Shown here: piece after piece, positions 37,921 through 47,939 of the stretch
How positions within the stretch are numbered: position 1 is the stretch's first letter
Layout: each line of letters starts with the position of its first letter
Origin: Alphaproteobacteria bacterium
Lineage (GTDB): Bacteria; Pseudomonadota; Alphaproteobacteria; Bin95
Length of the DNA: 64,000 nt
NCBI GenBank assembly: GCA_964291285.2
Contig: OZ219785.1
Coordinates: 1,120,001 to 1,184,000 of the forward strand
Direction: 5' to 3'
Position numbers and translations under genes: made by a program
Notes under the pieces: model-generated
Database searches by the model: none
What the model was told of the DNA's origin: nothing
The model's input: only the letters and a program-made list of their open reading frames with translations

Positions 37921-38851
37921 GAGCCTGACCCAAAAAGAGTTGAGCGGTTTCAAGGGATTGTGATTCAGTTCGGTTATGCATCTGAACGGAGCCACGAATG
38001 CCCTGGACCGAAACCGCTCGCCGGGAGTATCGGCGGGACTGCCCACGATATGCAAGCGATCTGACCGACGCTGAGTGGTCTCTGATCGAGCCCTTCATGC
38101 CGTTGCCCTGCCGTATCGGTCGCCCGCGCCAGACCGATCTGCGCGAGGTCGTAAATGCGGTGCTGTATATGGCCACGACCGGTTGTCAGTGGCGCCAGCT
38201 GCCGAAGGACTTTCCGCCGGTCTCGACGGTGCAGCGCTATTTCTACGAGTGGCGCGACAACAGGCTGTGGCAGACGATCCGGTTCCACCTGGCCGTGCAG
38301 GCGCGCGAACGCGAGGGGCGCGAGGCCCAGCCGAGCGCGGGCGTGATCGACAGCCAGACGGTGAAAACCACGGAGGCAGGCGGGGTTAGCGGCTATGACG
38401 CCGGCAAGAAGGTCAAAGGGCGCAAGCGCCACGCTGTCGTCGACACCATCGGCATGCTCTTCGGCCTCGTCGTACATGCCGCCGACGTTCAGGACCGCGA
38501 CGGCGCCCCGGCCGTGCTGAAATCCATCCGCCACGCCTGCCCCTGGCTGCGTCATCTGTTCGCCGATGGCGGATATGCCGGGCCGAAACTGCGCGGCGCC
38601 CTCGACAGGATCGGCAAGTGGACGCTCGAAATCGTCAAACGCTCCGACACCGCCAACGGCTTCGAAGTCCTCCCCGGACGATGGGTCGTCGAACGCACCT
38701 TCGCATGGCTCGGGCGCTGCCGCAGGCTGGCAAAAGACTGGGAAAAATCCATCGCCTCAAGCGAAGCATGGATCAACATCGCCCATATCCGGCTCACAAC
38801 ACGCCGACTCGCAAGGCCTTGAAAAACTTCAGCGAGTTTCGAGTCAGGCTC
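37921..38851 (+). mobile_element. IS5-family (IS1031-like) element
   Basis: IRs GAGCCTGACCCAAAA / GAGCCTGACTCGAAA; TGA target duplication at 37918-20 and 38852-54. Confidence 0.93.
37998..38822 (+). CDS. IS5-family transposase
   Basis: YASDLTDAEW, CQWRQLPKDFP, IDSQTVK, GYDAGKKVKGRKRH, RWVVERTFAW. Confidence 0.95.
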   Translation: MPWTETARREYRRDCPRYASDLTDAEWSLIEPFMPLPCRIGRPRQTDLREVVNAVLYMATTGCQWRQLPKDFPPVSTVQRYFYEWRDNRLWQTIRFHLAVQAREREGREAQPSAGVIDSQTVKTTEAGGVSGYDAGKKVKGRKRHAVVDTIGMLFGLVVHAADVQDRDGAPAVLKSIRHACPWLRHLFADGGYAGPKLRGALDRIGKWTLEIVKRSDTANGFEVLPGRWVVERTFAWLGRCRRLAKDWEKSIASSEAWINIAHIRLTTRRLARP

Positions 38852-39010
38852 TGAGAAGTGCTTTTTTAGGCCGTGTACCCATAAGGGGTTTCTTCTTCAG
38901 CGAAGCTGTGATTCAAGCTCCCAACTTCAGGGAGCGAGGACATGGGCCGCTACGATTCTGACCCAACTTCAACAGTGACGATTAAAAGTATTCGATAGAA
39001 CAGGGAGTTA

Positions 39011-39142
39011 TACCAACGGTCGTTGATTGGAACCTATAGCAGAGCCGCCCTCCGCAGCTCGCCTCCTGAGCCGAGGCCTCCTACTGCAAGAGGTAATCTC
39101 CGCCGAGAGAGGCTAATCGGTTCTTATCTGTGGCCGGTGGTA
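39011..39142. mobile_element. 132-bp MITE, copy 1 (inside IS1634)
   Basis: TACCAACGGTC...GGCCGGTGGTA terminal IRs, TTA duplication; near-identical to 43630-43761. Confidence 0.88.
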
Positions 39143-39195
39143 TTACACCGGCATCGCCGGGTGTACCCACTACATTTCGTTGATTTTGGGGACGG

Positions 39196-40830
39196 TCAGG
39201 CTTTGTGTTCGCGCCAGTTCGGCGGCAGCGCGATGCCGACGGCCTGGAAGACCTTTCCGACCTGGCCCTCGACATGGGTGCGGGTGGTGATGCGCTTGCC
39301 GTCCTTCTCGATGGTGGCCTCTTGCAGGCGGTCGAGATCGCGGATCAGGTCGTCCCATTCGACGTTGACGTTGGCGGCGGCGCAGCGGTCGGCCAGTTCC
39401 TTCTGGAGGACGAGCGCGAGGAAGGAGCAGAAGACGTGGCCGCGGATCGCGGCGTCGCAGGAGTGGTAGATCGGGCGGGTGCGCAACTGGGCCTTCGCCC
39501 GGCGGAACAGGTCTTCCACCGTGAGCAGCTCCCGGTAGCGGAGCACGGCATTGAGCGGCGTCATGCCGGCGTTGGTGCGCAGCACGAAGATGCCGTCGAA
39601 GCCGGCCTCCTCGGCGAGCTTGCCGGCGTCGATCTCGAACGCCTTGCCCGCGCCCGTGCGGCGCAGATAACGCCGGTAGGCGCTGTTGCCGATCAGCGCT
39701 TTCTCGCCGTCCGCAAGGCGGCGCTGGAGGCCGTCCACCACGGCCTGCCGGTCGGCGCGGTCCTTCTGTGCCTCCGCCTCGTTGCGGCACACGATGTAGC
39801 GCGCGCCGCCCACCGTGACTTCCTTCACGAACAGCTGCGTCTCGCCGCGCGGACGCTTGAGGAGCAGCGGCACAAAGGGCTTCGTGTCCTTCAGCACCAC
39901 CTCGCGGACCACCTTCGTGCGCCGCTCGCGCGCGCCCAGGATGTAGTCCAGCCCCCGCTCTTCCAGCGCCGCTATCGTCGCCGCCGAGATCATCCCCCGG
40001 TCCGCCACCACGCACACACGACCGATCCCGAAGCGTGACCGAAGACGGTCCACGATCGGCAGCAGCACCCTGGTGTCGGCCGTGTTGCCCGGCAGCATCT
40101 CCGTGCACACAGGCCGGCCCTCGCCGTCCAGCACCACCGCCAGAACCATCTGGCGCAAGTCCGGGCGATGGTCCTTCGAGTAGCCGTGCGCGCCCAGCGT
40201 CTCGCCGCCCGCGCCGTGGAACGACAGCGTCGTGGTGTCCATGAACACCACAGACAGGTCGGTGAACAGGTCCCGCCTGTGCTCGAACAGACGCTCCTCG
40301 ATCCCGTCCTTCACGCAGCGCGGCGCAAGCGCGCCTTCCGCCGGCGCCTCCAGCTCCTCCCCGAGCCAGGCCATCGCCCGATACAGCTGATGAAGCCGCA
40401 ACCCCTCGATCCCCTCGATCGCGTAGTCGGCCATCCACTTCTCGCAGGACCGGTCCGAACCCGACACGAACAGACGGTGCAGAACGCTCACAAACACCGC
40501 CCGCTCGACGGCGAACCCGAAGCCGCGACCGTCCAGAAGCTCCTTCACGACAGCGCCCACGCCCAGCCGATCCCACAGCCGACCGAACAGCAGCGGACCG
40601 CCGACCCGCACGCAGGCCAGCGCGCCCGCCTCCATGTCCTCCAGCACCACGGACCGCTCCGAATGGCGCGCCAGGGACGCGATCAGACGGTCCAGCTCCC
40701 CGCTCGCCTGCAACACGTCCTTGCGGCCGAGCGCGCGGATCGTGCGCTGGCGCACCCGCTTGCCCTCGCGCACGCTCTCCACGAGGTAGAGATAGCGGTG
40801 GCCCCGGGCGGTCGTTTCGCGCACGAACAT
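39196..40830 (-). CDS. IS1634-family transposase
   Basis: YLYLVES.REG, FMDTTTL.F.G, GYSKDHRPD..Q, VVADRGM, RPIYH...IRGHVFCSFLA. Confidence 0.92.
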   Translation of the reverse strand: MFVRETTARGHRYLYLVESVREGKRVRQRTIRALGRKDVLQASGELDRLIASLARHSERSVVLEDMEAGALACVRVGGPLLFGRLWDRLGVGAVVKELLDGRGFGFAVERAVFVSVLHRLFVSGSDRSCEKWMADYAIEGIEGLRLHQLYRAMAWLGEELEAPAEGALAPRCVKDGIEERLFEHRRDLFTDLSVVFMDTTTLSFHGAGGETLGAHGYSKDHRPDLRQMVLAVVLDGEGRPVCTEMLPGNTADTRVLLPIVDRLRSRFGIGRVCVVADRGMISAATIAALEERGLDYILGARERRTKVVREVVLKDTKPFVPLLLKRPRGETQLFVKEVTVGGARYIVCRNEAEAQKDRADRQAVVDGLQRRLADGEKALIGNSAYRRYLRRTGAGKAFEIDAGKLAEEAGFDGIFVLRTNAGMTPLNAVLRYRELLTVEDLFRRAKAQLRTRPIYHSCDAAIRGHVFCSFLALVLQKELADRCAAANVNVEWDDLIRDLDRLQEATIEKDGKRITTRTHVEGQVGKVFQAVGIALPPNWREHKA

Positions 40831-41162
40831 GACCGCGTTGTATGTCTTCGATATCGACCAATCAAGAAAACAAGGCCAAATCAGCAAAAATGTTTCACTA
40901 CATTTTTCTCAACCCGCGCCAATCATCACCTCACTATCCAATCATTTCAACAACTTGGCGAAACCGCGCCCGGCAAAAATCGACACCGACTGTTCAAGTT
41001 GGGTCTGACGGACTTCGAATGGCGAGTGATCGAGCCGTTGCTGCCGAACAAGCCGCGGGGCGTGCCGCGGGTGGTATGCGTCCGCCGAAGACCGCAGGGG
41101 TAGGTAGGCCCTTCTTTGCGGCGAGTGCGTGCGGAGCGGGGTGGTTTTGAGCGTGAGCCGGC

Positions 41163-42809
41163 TTATGCGGCTTGATCGAGCATCTTCTCCGGAACCCAAT
41201 TCCAGGGAAGAAGTTCGTCGAGCCGGTTCTGCGGGGTTCCCGCGATCCGGCCGAGAACGTCGGCGAGCCAGGCGTGGGGATCGACATCGTTGAGCTTGGC
41301 GGTGCCGATCAGGGTGTACATGGCTGCGGCGCGCCTGCCGCCGCGGTCGGAGCCGGCGAACAGCCATGACTTCCGACCCAGGGCAATACCTCTGAGCGCC
41401 CTCTCAGCGGCATTATTTGACAGGCAGATGCGCCCATCGTCGAGGAAGCGGGCGAAGCGGTCCCATCGCCTGAGCATGTAGTCCATGGCCTTGGCCACGG
41501 GGGAATGGCGGGAGAGCTTTGCGCGCTCGGCCTTCATCCAGGTCTCGAGTTCGGCCAGGACCGGCGCGCTCAGTTCCTGGCGCACCGCGAGGCGGCGCTC
41601 GGCGATCTCGCCGTTGATCCCGCGCTCGATGTCAAACAGCGCATCGATCCGCTTCACGGCTTCCATCGCCAGCGGCGAGATCGGCGGCGCGTTCCTGCCG
41701 CGCCTCTTGCCGGCCGCGATGTCGGCGAGCTCGTGGAACTTGCGCCTCGCATGGGCGAAGCAGGCAGCTTCGGTCACGGGCCCCGGCGATCGGGCGGGCT
41801 CGTAGAGCCGGTTATATCCGGCAAAGGCGTCGGCCTGCAGGATGCCGGCGTAGCTCCGCAAATGCTCGACCGGATGATCGCCCGAGCGGTTCCGCGAGTA
41901 GTGGAACAGGGCCGCCGGCGGGTCCGGACCGCCGAACGGTCTGTCGTCGCGGACATAGACCCAGGCCCGCCCGGTGTCGGTCTTGCCCCTGGCCAGAACC
42001 GGCACCGGCGTGTCGTCGCCATGCAGACGCTCGGCCGCCAGCACATGGTCTGCGATCAGGTCGTGCAGCGGCCTCAGCGCCACCGTGCAGGCGCCCACCT
42101 GGTCGGCCAGGGTCGACAGGCTGAGATCGACGCCCTCGCGCGCATAGCGGTCGCGCTGGCGGTTCAGAGGCTGGTGCGTCCCATACTTCTCGAACAGGAT
42201 CATCGCCAACAGGTTGGGGCCCGCCCAGCCGCGCGGCGTCGGGTGGAACGGCGCCGGCGGCTGGCTGATCTTCTCGCAGTCCCGGCATGTGAACTTCTCG
42301 CGCACCGTCTGGATCACCTTCCACTGGCGCGGAATGACCTCCAGCGTCTCGGTGATGTCCTCGCCGATCTTCGAGAGCCTCTGCGAGCCGCAGCACTCAC
42401 AGGCACTCGGCGCCGGCACCACCACGCGCTCGCGCGGCAGATGTTCGGGGAACGGCTTGCGCCCGGACCGGCGGCGGCGGGTGAACGCCTTGACCTGCGT
42501 CGTGCCGGTAGCCGCCTGTTCGGCCGCCAACTCGTCCTCGGTAGCGCTCGCCTCGAGCTCGTCGAGCTGGAGCTCCATCTGGTCGAGAAGGCGCTGCTTG
42601 CGCTCCGATCGTTGGCCGAAGAGCGCGTGACGGAGCTTCTCGATCATCAGCTTCAGGGAGGCGATCTGCGCCTCCGCGTCCGACACCTTCGCCACGGCGT
42701 TGGAAGCCTCGGCCTCCGCAACTGCGGCCCGCTCCTCGGCCTCGGTCGCCTTGACTTCCGCCGCAGCCAGCGCCGCCTTCAGAGCATCGATGTCCGATCC
42801 GTCCGGCAT
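41163..42809 (-). CDS. tnpC: IS66 transposase TnpC
   Basis: Leucine zipper, C4 zinc finger, HGDDTPV, LQADAFAGY, C.AHARRKF, NNAAERALR, ELLPWNW. Confidence 0.95.
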   Translation of the reverse strand: MPDGSDIDALKAALAAAEVKATEAEERAAVAEAEASNAVAKVSDAEAQIASLKLMIEKLRHALFGQRSERKQRLLDQMELQLDELEASATEDELAAEQAATGTTQVKAFTRRRRSGRKPFPEHLPRERVVVPAPSACECCGSQRLSKIGEDITETLEVIPRQWKVIQTVREKFTCRDCEKISQPPAPFHPTPRGWAGPNLLAMILFEKYGTHQPLNRQRDRYAREGVDLSLSTLADQVGACTVALRPLHDLIADHVLAAERLHGDDTPVPVLARGKTDTGRAWVYVRDDRPFGGPDPPAALFHYSRNRSGDHPVEHLRSYAGILQADAFAGYNRLYEPARSPGPVTEAACFAHARRKFHELADIAAGKRRGRNAPPISPLAMEAVKRIDALFDIERGINGEIAERRLAVRQELSAPVLAELETWMKAERAKLSRHSPVAKAMDYMLRRWDRFARFLDDGRICLSNNAAERALRGIALGRKSWLFAGSDRGGRRAAAMYTLIGTAKLNDVDPHAWLADVLGRIAGTPQNRLDELLPWNWVPEKMLDQAA

Positions 42810-43194
42810 GCCCTGTAGGTGACGGTCGTAAAAGGCGCTTATTTGCTGGCGTTGCGCGTTTTTGCGGGGCGTGATGATCGCAGTGATTGTGGTGCGGCGG
42901 TGTTTGTGACGGGGGCCTGGGACGGAAGGAGGGCGTAGCCCGACTGGAGTCGCCGGCCCCCGTCGCGTTGATATTTTCGCCTGCCGAGGGGAGGGTGTCC
43001 TGGCGCTGTCGGCGGGGGTCGCCGGGCTGCGCGAGGGGGTAGACTGGGGCTGCTGAGAACGATGCGGCGCCGGCCCCGTTTGCTAGGTGGCAACGACCGG
43101 CGCCGCACCCCCCGAGCCATGCAAGGCACGGCCCGTATGCGCAGTATCGTAGGCGTTCGGGCGTGGGTCCACCCCGTTCTCATCGGTCTTTGCG

Positions 43195-43629
43195 ATGAGG
43201 AACGCCGCCCGCCTGTTCACCTGCGCTTCGTGCCATCGCCAGGTTGTGCTGTGCCGGCGGTGCGACCACGGCAACATCTACTGCTCGCGTCCGTGCAGCG
43301 GCCGGGCGCGGCGGCGCTCGCTGCGCCTTGCCGGGCGTCGCTACCAGAACAGCCGGCGGGGCCGTCACAAGCATGCCGAACGCCAGCGGCGCTACCGCGA
43401 GCGCCGTCGCGTCCGTGCGCCTGAGGAGGGGCGCCGTGCGCAGAAAGTGACGCATCACCCTTTGACCCGTTCACCGCGCCGTCCTGTTGTGGCGGGCATG
43501 CCGGCGGGGCGCTCGGGAAGGAGGCCCTTCGGACCCGACCGTCCCGCCGGAGTGTTCCGCTGCGATCACTGCGGGCGGTTCTGCGCCCGGGCGGTCTATC
43601 CGGGCCTGCGCCCGGCGCGAAGGGAGTGA
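43195..43629 (+). CDS. Cys/Arg-rich putative zinc-binding protein upstream of istA
   Basis: CASC...CRRCD.G..YCS..C, basic helix, C-terminal CDHC; start uncertain. Confidence 0.6.
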   Translation: MRNAARLFTCASCHRQVVLCRRCDHGNIYCSRPCSGRARRRSLRLAGRRYQNSRRGRHKHAERQRRYRERRRVRAPEEGRRAQKVTHHPLTRSPRRPVVAGMPAGRSGRRPFGPDRPAGVFRCDHCGRFCARAVYPGLRPARRE

Positions 43630-43761
43630 TACCAACGGTCGTTGATTGGAACCTATAGCAGAGCCTCCCTCCGCAGCTCGCCCCCTGAGCCGAGGCCTCC
43701 TACTGCAAGAGGTAATCTCCGCCGAGAGAGGCTAATCGGTTCTTATCTGTGGCCGGTGGTA
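43630..43761. mobile_element. 132-bp MITE, copy 2 (inside IS21, between RBS and istA start)
   Basis: Same ends as copy 1; TGA duplication at 43627-29 and 43762-64. Confidence 0.88.
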
Positions 43762-43765
43762 TGAG

Positions 43766-45271
43766 ATGGCGATCGACCAGCAGACCCGGGCCGAGATCCT
43801 GCGGCTGTATTTTGCCGAGAAGTGGCGGATCGGCACGATCGCGCGCCAGCTCGGCGTCCACCACGGCACGGTCGAGCGCGCGGTGGCGGCCGCCGGGGCG
43901 CCCACGCCTGAGAAGCGGCGCAGATCTTCGATGATCGATCCGTTCCTGCCCTTCGTCCGCCAGACCCTGGCGGTCTGGCCGAAGTTGCCCTCCAGCCGGC
44001 TCTACCGGATGGCGGTCGAGCGCGGTTACCGGGGGTGCGAGAGCCACTTCCGGCGCATGATCGCGCCCGAGCGTCCGCGGCCGGTGGCCGAGGCCTATCT
44101 GCGCCTCAAGGCCCTGCCCGGCGAGCAGGCCCAGGTCGACTGGGCCCACTTCGGCAAGGTGAGGATCGGGCGTGCGGAGCGCCCGCTGATGGCCTTCGTG
44201 ATGGTGCTCGGCCACTCGCGCCGCCTCTTCCTGCGCTTCTACCTCAACGCCGGGATGGACAACTTCCTGCGCGGCCATGTCGAGGCCTTCGAGGCTTGGC
44301 AGGGCGTGCCCCGCGAGCTCTGGTACGACAATCTGAAGAGCGTCGTGCTGGAGCGGCGCGGCGACGCCATCCGCTTCAATCCCCGGCTTCTCGACTTCGC
44401 AGGCGCCTACCGCTTCCTGCCGAAGCCGGTCGCGGTCGCCCGAGGCAACGAGAAGGGCCGCGTCGAGCGGGCCATACGCTATGTGCGCGACAGCTTCTTC
44501 GCCGCCCGCGCCTGGCGTGACCTCGACGATCTCAACGCCCAGGCCCGGGAGTGGTGCGAGGGCGTCGCCGCCGACCGCCCCTGGCCGGACGACCGCTCCC
44601 TCACCGTGAGCGAGGCCTTCGAGCGCGAGCGCGGCTCCCTGATGGCGCTGCCCGACGACCGTCCCCCCGTCGACGAGAGGGTCGAGGTCAGGATCGCCAA
44701 GACCCCCTATGCCAGGTTCGACCTCAATGACTACAGCGTCCCGCATACCCATGTCCGGCGCACCCTCACCGTGGCCGCGACGCTGGAAGAGGTGCGCATC
44801 CTCGACGGCATGGAGGTCATCGCCCGCCATCCGCGCAGCTTCGACAAGGCGGCCCGCATCGAGAACCCCGAACACATTGAGGAGCTGGTCAGGCGCAAGC
44901 GTCACGCCCGCAGCCTGCGCGGGCAGAGCCGGCTGCTCCAGGCCGCGCCCAACAGCGAGCGCCTGATCGCCGAGGCCGCCCCCCGCGGCGCTTATATCGG
45001 CGCCACCGTCGCCGCCCTGCTGCGCCTGCTCGACCAATACGGCGCCGCCGAGCTCGAAGCCGCCATCGACGAGGCCCTCGAACGCGGCGTCCCCCATCCC
45101 AATGCCGTGCGCCTCAGCCTCACACGGCGGCGCGAACTGCAGGACAGGCCGCCGCCGATCCCCATCGACCTGCCCAGGGACCCGCGCGTGCGCGACATCG
45201 CCGTGCGCGATCACGATCTCGGCGGATACGACGGGCTGGCCGGCTACCATGAAAAGGACAGCGAAGAATGA
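43766..45271 (+). CDS. istA: IS21 transposase IstA
   Basis: N-terminal HTH, PGEQAQVDW, YDNLKS, EKGRVER. Confidence 0.95.
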   Translation: MAIDQQTRAEILRLYFAEKWRIGTIARQLGVHHGTVERAVAAAGAPTPEKRRRSSMIDPFLPFVRQTLAVWPKLPSSRLYRMAVERGYRGCESHFRRMIAPERPRPVAEAYLRLKALPGEQAQVDWAHFGKVRIGRAERPLMAFVMVLGHSRRLFLRFYLNAGMDNFLRGHVEAFEAWQGVPRELWYDNLKSVVLERRGDAIRFNPRLLDFAGAYRFLPKPVAVARGNEKGRVERAIRYVRDSFFAARAWRDLDDLNAQAREWCEGVAADRPWPDDRSLTVSEAFERERGSLMALPDDRPPVDERVEVRIAKTPYARFDLNDYSVPHTHVRRTLTVAATLEEVRILDGMEVIARHPRSFDKAARIENPEHIEELVRRKRHARSLRGQSRLLQAAPNSERLIAEAAPRGAYIGATVAALLRLLDQYGAAELEAAIDEALERGVPHPNAVRLSLTRRRELQDRPPPIPIDLPRDPRVRDIAVRDHDLGGYDGLAGYHEKDSEE

Positions 45272-46062
45272 CCGACACCCTCATGAACCGCGCCCGCGCG
45301 CTGGGCCTGCACGGCCTCCTCGCCCATTGGGGCGAAGTCGCGGAGCGCGACTGGCTCGCCTCCCTGATCGCGTGGGAAGAAGATGAGAAGCGCGCCCGAA
45401 GCCTCAAACGCCGCCTCGCCGACGCCCGCCTCGGACAGTTCAAGCCGCTCGCAGACTTCGACTGGGACTGGCCAAGGCGCTGCGACCGCATGGCCGTCGA
45501 GGACCTCATGACCCTCGACTTCCTCAAGGAGGCCGCAAACCTCGTACTGGTCGGACCCAACGGCGTCGGAAAGTCCACCATCGCCGCCAATATCGCCCAC
45601 CGCGCCGTCCTCGAAGGCCACATCGTGCGCTTCGCAACCGCCGCCAGCCTGCTCGGCGAACTCGCCGCCATCGACTCCGACACCCTGCTCCAGCGCAGGC
45701 TGCGCTTCTACGCCCGACAGCACCTGCTGGTCATCGACGAAGTCGGATATCTCTCCTACTCCAACCGCCACGCCGACCTGCTGTTCAACATCGTCTCAAG
45801 CCGCAGCCAGCAGAACTCAACCATAATCACCACGAACCGCCCCTTCGCCGAGTGGAGCGAGGCCTTCCCAAACGCCGCCTGCCTGGTCGCCCTCGTCGAC
45901 CGGCTCGTCCACAACGCCGAGATCGTCGCCATCGACGGCGACTCCTGGCGCCGCAAGGAAGCCGAGGAACGTCAGAAGCAGCGCAGCGCCGAACGCCGCC
46001 GCCGGCGCGGACCGAAAGCCGGGCAAAGCACTGGAAAGGCGAACCCGGTCCCGTCGCCATAG
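45268..46062 (+). CDS. istB: IS21 helper ATPase IstB
   Basis: GPNGVGKS, LLVIDEVGY, ITTN.PF.EW, DRLVH. Confidence 0.95.
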   Translation: MTDTLMNRARALGLHGLLAHWGEVAERDWLASLIAWEEDEKRARSLKRRLADARLGQFKPLADFDWDWPRRCDRMAVEDLMTLDFLKEAANLVLVGPNGVGKSTIAANIAHRAVLEGHIVRFATAASLLGELAAIDSDTLLQRRLRFYARQHLLVIDEVGYLSYSNRHADLLFNIVSSRSQQNSTIITTNRPFAEWSEAFPNAACLVALVDRLVHNAEIVAIDGDSWRRKEAEERQKQRSAERRRRRGPKAGQSTGKANPVPSP

Positions 46063-46064
46063 CC

Positions 46065-46937
46065 ATGCATCCCTCCCGCCCCCGCGAGCGGCGGGTGCGG
46101 GCCGAGAGCCTGCGGGGCTATCCCCTCGAACCCGTCGCCCGAGCCCTCGGCTACCGCAGCGATCCCGACAATGCCGTGCGCTGGAGACGGCCAGGATCGG
46201 TCCTCTCCATCAACCGCTTCATGTTCTACGACCATCTGCGCGCAGAGGAGGGAGCCGGGGCTATCGAACTGGCGGTCCATGCGCTCGGATGCACCCCGCC
46301 GGACGCCATCGACTTCCTCGCCGAACTGTCCGACCTCTCAATGCCCCCAGGCGGCCGCCGGCAGGCGCCGGCCAAGGACCCCCGCTGGCCCAACCTCCGG
46401 CGATACCTCGTCGAGCGGCGCGGCCTCGCGGACGCGCTCGTCACCCTGTGCCGCGACCTCGGCCTGGTCCATGCCGACCCTCACGGCAACCCCGTGTTCG
46501 TCCGCCGAAACGCCGCCGGCGAGGCTACCGGCATCGAAACCGTCACCGCTGACCGCAAAACGACCGCGGGCGGCGGCTTCTGGATGTCCTGGGAGACCGA
46601 ATGGCCACACGCCGTCATCCTGGACGGCAACGCCCTCGACGCACTCTCCATCCTCTCCCTCCACCTCGGCCCGGTAAAACGCACCGAATGCGCCACCGTC
46701 TCCACCGGCGCCGTCGCCACCAAAGTCCCCAAATGGATCGAGGCATGGAACCCGCGCCTCATCTTCTGTGCATACGACGCCACCACAAACGGCGATCACG
46801 CCGCAAGGCGCCTCGCCCGCAACGACACCAGAATCGTCCGGCTGCGACCCGCACTCGACAACCGGGACTGGAACGACATGCTCATCCGCGACCGAGCCGG
46901 CGAACCAATCGAAACCGATGACCAACAGATCAACTGA
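46065..46937 (+). CDS. DUF3991/Toprim-like (primase-related) protein inside IS21
   Basis: G.GAI.L..H, RRYLVERRGL, ALDALS, CAYD...GD, DWND; 2 bp after the istB stop. Confidence 0.7.
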   Translation: MHPSRPRERRVRAESLRGYPLEPVARALGYRSDPDNAVRWRRPGSVLSINRFMFYDHLRAEEGAGAIELAVHALGCTPPDAIDFLAELSDLSMPPGGRRQAPAKDPRWPNLRRYLVERRGLADALVTLCRDLGLVHADPHGNPVFVRRNAAGEATGIETVTADRKTTAGGGFWMSWETEWPHAVILDGNALDALSILSLHLGPVKRTECATVSTGAVATKVPKWIEAWNPRLIFCAYDATTNGDHAARRLARNDTRIVRLRPALDNRDWNDMLIRDRAGEPIETDDQQIN

Positions 46938-47069
46938 AAAACCGCAACCGGCCGAAAAATGTCAGCGAATAGGCGCGCTCTGTAACCGTCGCTAACATGC
47001 CCGGAAGCGAATCACAACAACCGCCCCGCCGCCATGACAATCCTGTCGGATGAGTCCATTTGCCGCCCG

Positions 47070-47417
47070 TCAGCCGGCCCGCGACGGCCGCCAGGTCCGG
47101 ACCGGGTTCCGCCAGTCGATCCCTTCCAGCAAATAGCCAAGCTGCGCCGCGCTGATCGACACCGCCTCGCCCGAAGCAGCCGGCCAGGGGAACCGGCCAC
47201 GCTCCAGACGCTTGGCGTAGAGCGAGGTCCCGATCCCGTCAGTCCAGAGGATCTTCACGAGATCGCCTTTGCGTCCGCGGAATATGAAGAGATCGCCCGC
47301 ATGCGGATCGCGGCCGAGACCTTGCTGGACCTGCAGCGCCAGCGTGTTCATCCCGCGACGCATGTCCGTCACGCCCGTCGCAAGCCAGACCCGCGCCCCG
47401 CTCGGAACCGGGATCAT
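47070..47417 (-). CDS. tnpB: IS66 accessory protein TnpB
   Basis: VWLATGVTDMRRG, FIFRGRKG.LVKILW.DG.G..L.AKRLERGRF.WP. Confidence 0.95.
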   Translation of the reverse strand: MIPVPSGARVWLATGVTDMRRGMNTLALQVQQGLGRDPHAGDLFIFRGRKGDLVKILWTDGIGTSLYAKRLERGRFPWPAASGEAVSISAAQLGYLLEGIDWRNPVRTWRPSRAG

Positions 47418-47833
47418 CGCCGCCCCAGAACCCCGAGAACCCGCGACAGCGCCGCCGCGTCCACATCCCGGTCGACCGTCACGCGCGAGCCGTCCGCCAG
47501 CGCAATCTCGATCCGTCCGGAGGAAGACGGTTCGGCCTCCGGCGCCGGCAGCAGCTTCGCCGGCTCCGCCCCTTCCGTCGAAGAGACAACCACCGGGACG
47601 AAGCCGCCCACCACGCGCGCCAGCTCCCGATACTGGCCCCGCCACTTGAAGACCAGGTTCGCGTTCACGTCATGTCGGCGCGCCACCACCGAAACCGAAA
47701 CCCCGGGCTGGTAGCTCTCCGCAACGATCAGGCGCTTGCGCGCCTCGCTCCACCGACGGCGAAGGCGGCGCCCCCGACCGTCGACCCCGGAGCCTGCATG
47801 CTCGGCTGCGTCCCACATCCGCATAGTGTCCAC
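47414..47833 (-). CDS. tnpA: IS66 accessory protein TnpA
   Basis: RRRWS...K..IVAES, VSVVARRHDVNANLVFKWR, IEI. Confidence 0.9.
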   Translation of the reverse strand: MDTMRMWDAAEHAGSGVDGRGRRLRRRWSEARKRLIVAESYQPGVSVSVVARRHDVNANLVFKWRGQYRELARVVGGFVPVVVSSTEGAEPAKLLPAPEAEPSSSGRIEIALADGSRVTVDRDVDAAALSRVLGVLGRR

Positions 47834-47939
47834 TTATCCTTGGTGGGCACCTGCGACGCGCGCCCACATCCGAGCGCATACCCTCCCAGATCCCGGAGAA
47901 AGGCGACAGGCGGTCTACGCCGAAGGCTTACCGCGGGTG

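Larger units (their letters stand above)
38962..41003 (-). mobile_element. IS1634-family element
   Basis: IRs CCCAACTTCAACAGT / CCCAACTTGAACAGT; TCTGA duplication at 38957-61 and 41004-08. Confidence 0.92.
42814..46997 (+). mobile_element. IS21-family element with two passenger genes
   Basis: TG...CA ends with an imperfect IR of about 40 bp (TGTAGGTGACGGT / TGTTAGCGACGGT); TGCCC duplication at 42809-13 and 46998-47002. Confidence 0.92.
41074..47931 (-). mobile_element. IS66-family element interrupted by IS21
   Basis: IRs GTATGCGTCCGCCGAAGACCGC / GTAAGCCTTCGGCGTAGACCGC; 8-bp duplication CGCGGGTG at 41066-73 and 47932-39. Confidence 0.93.
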
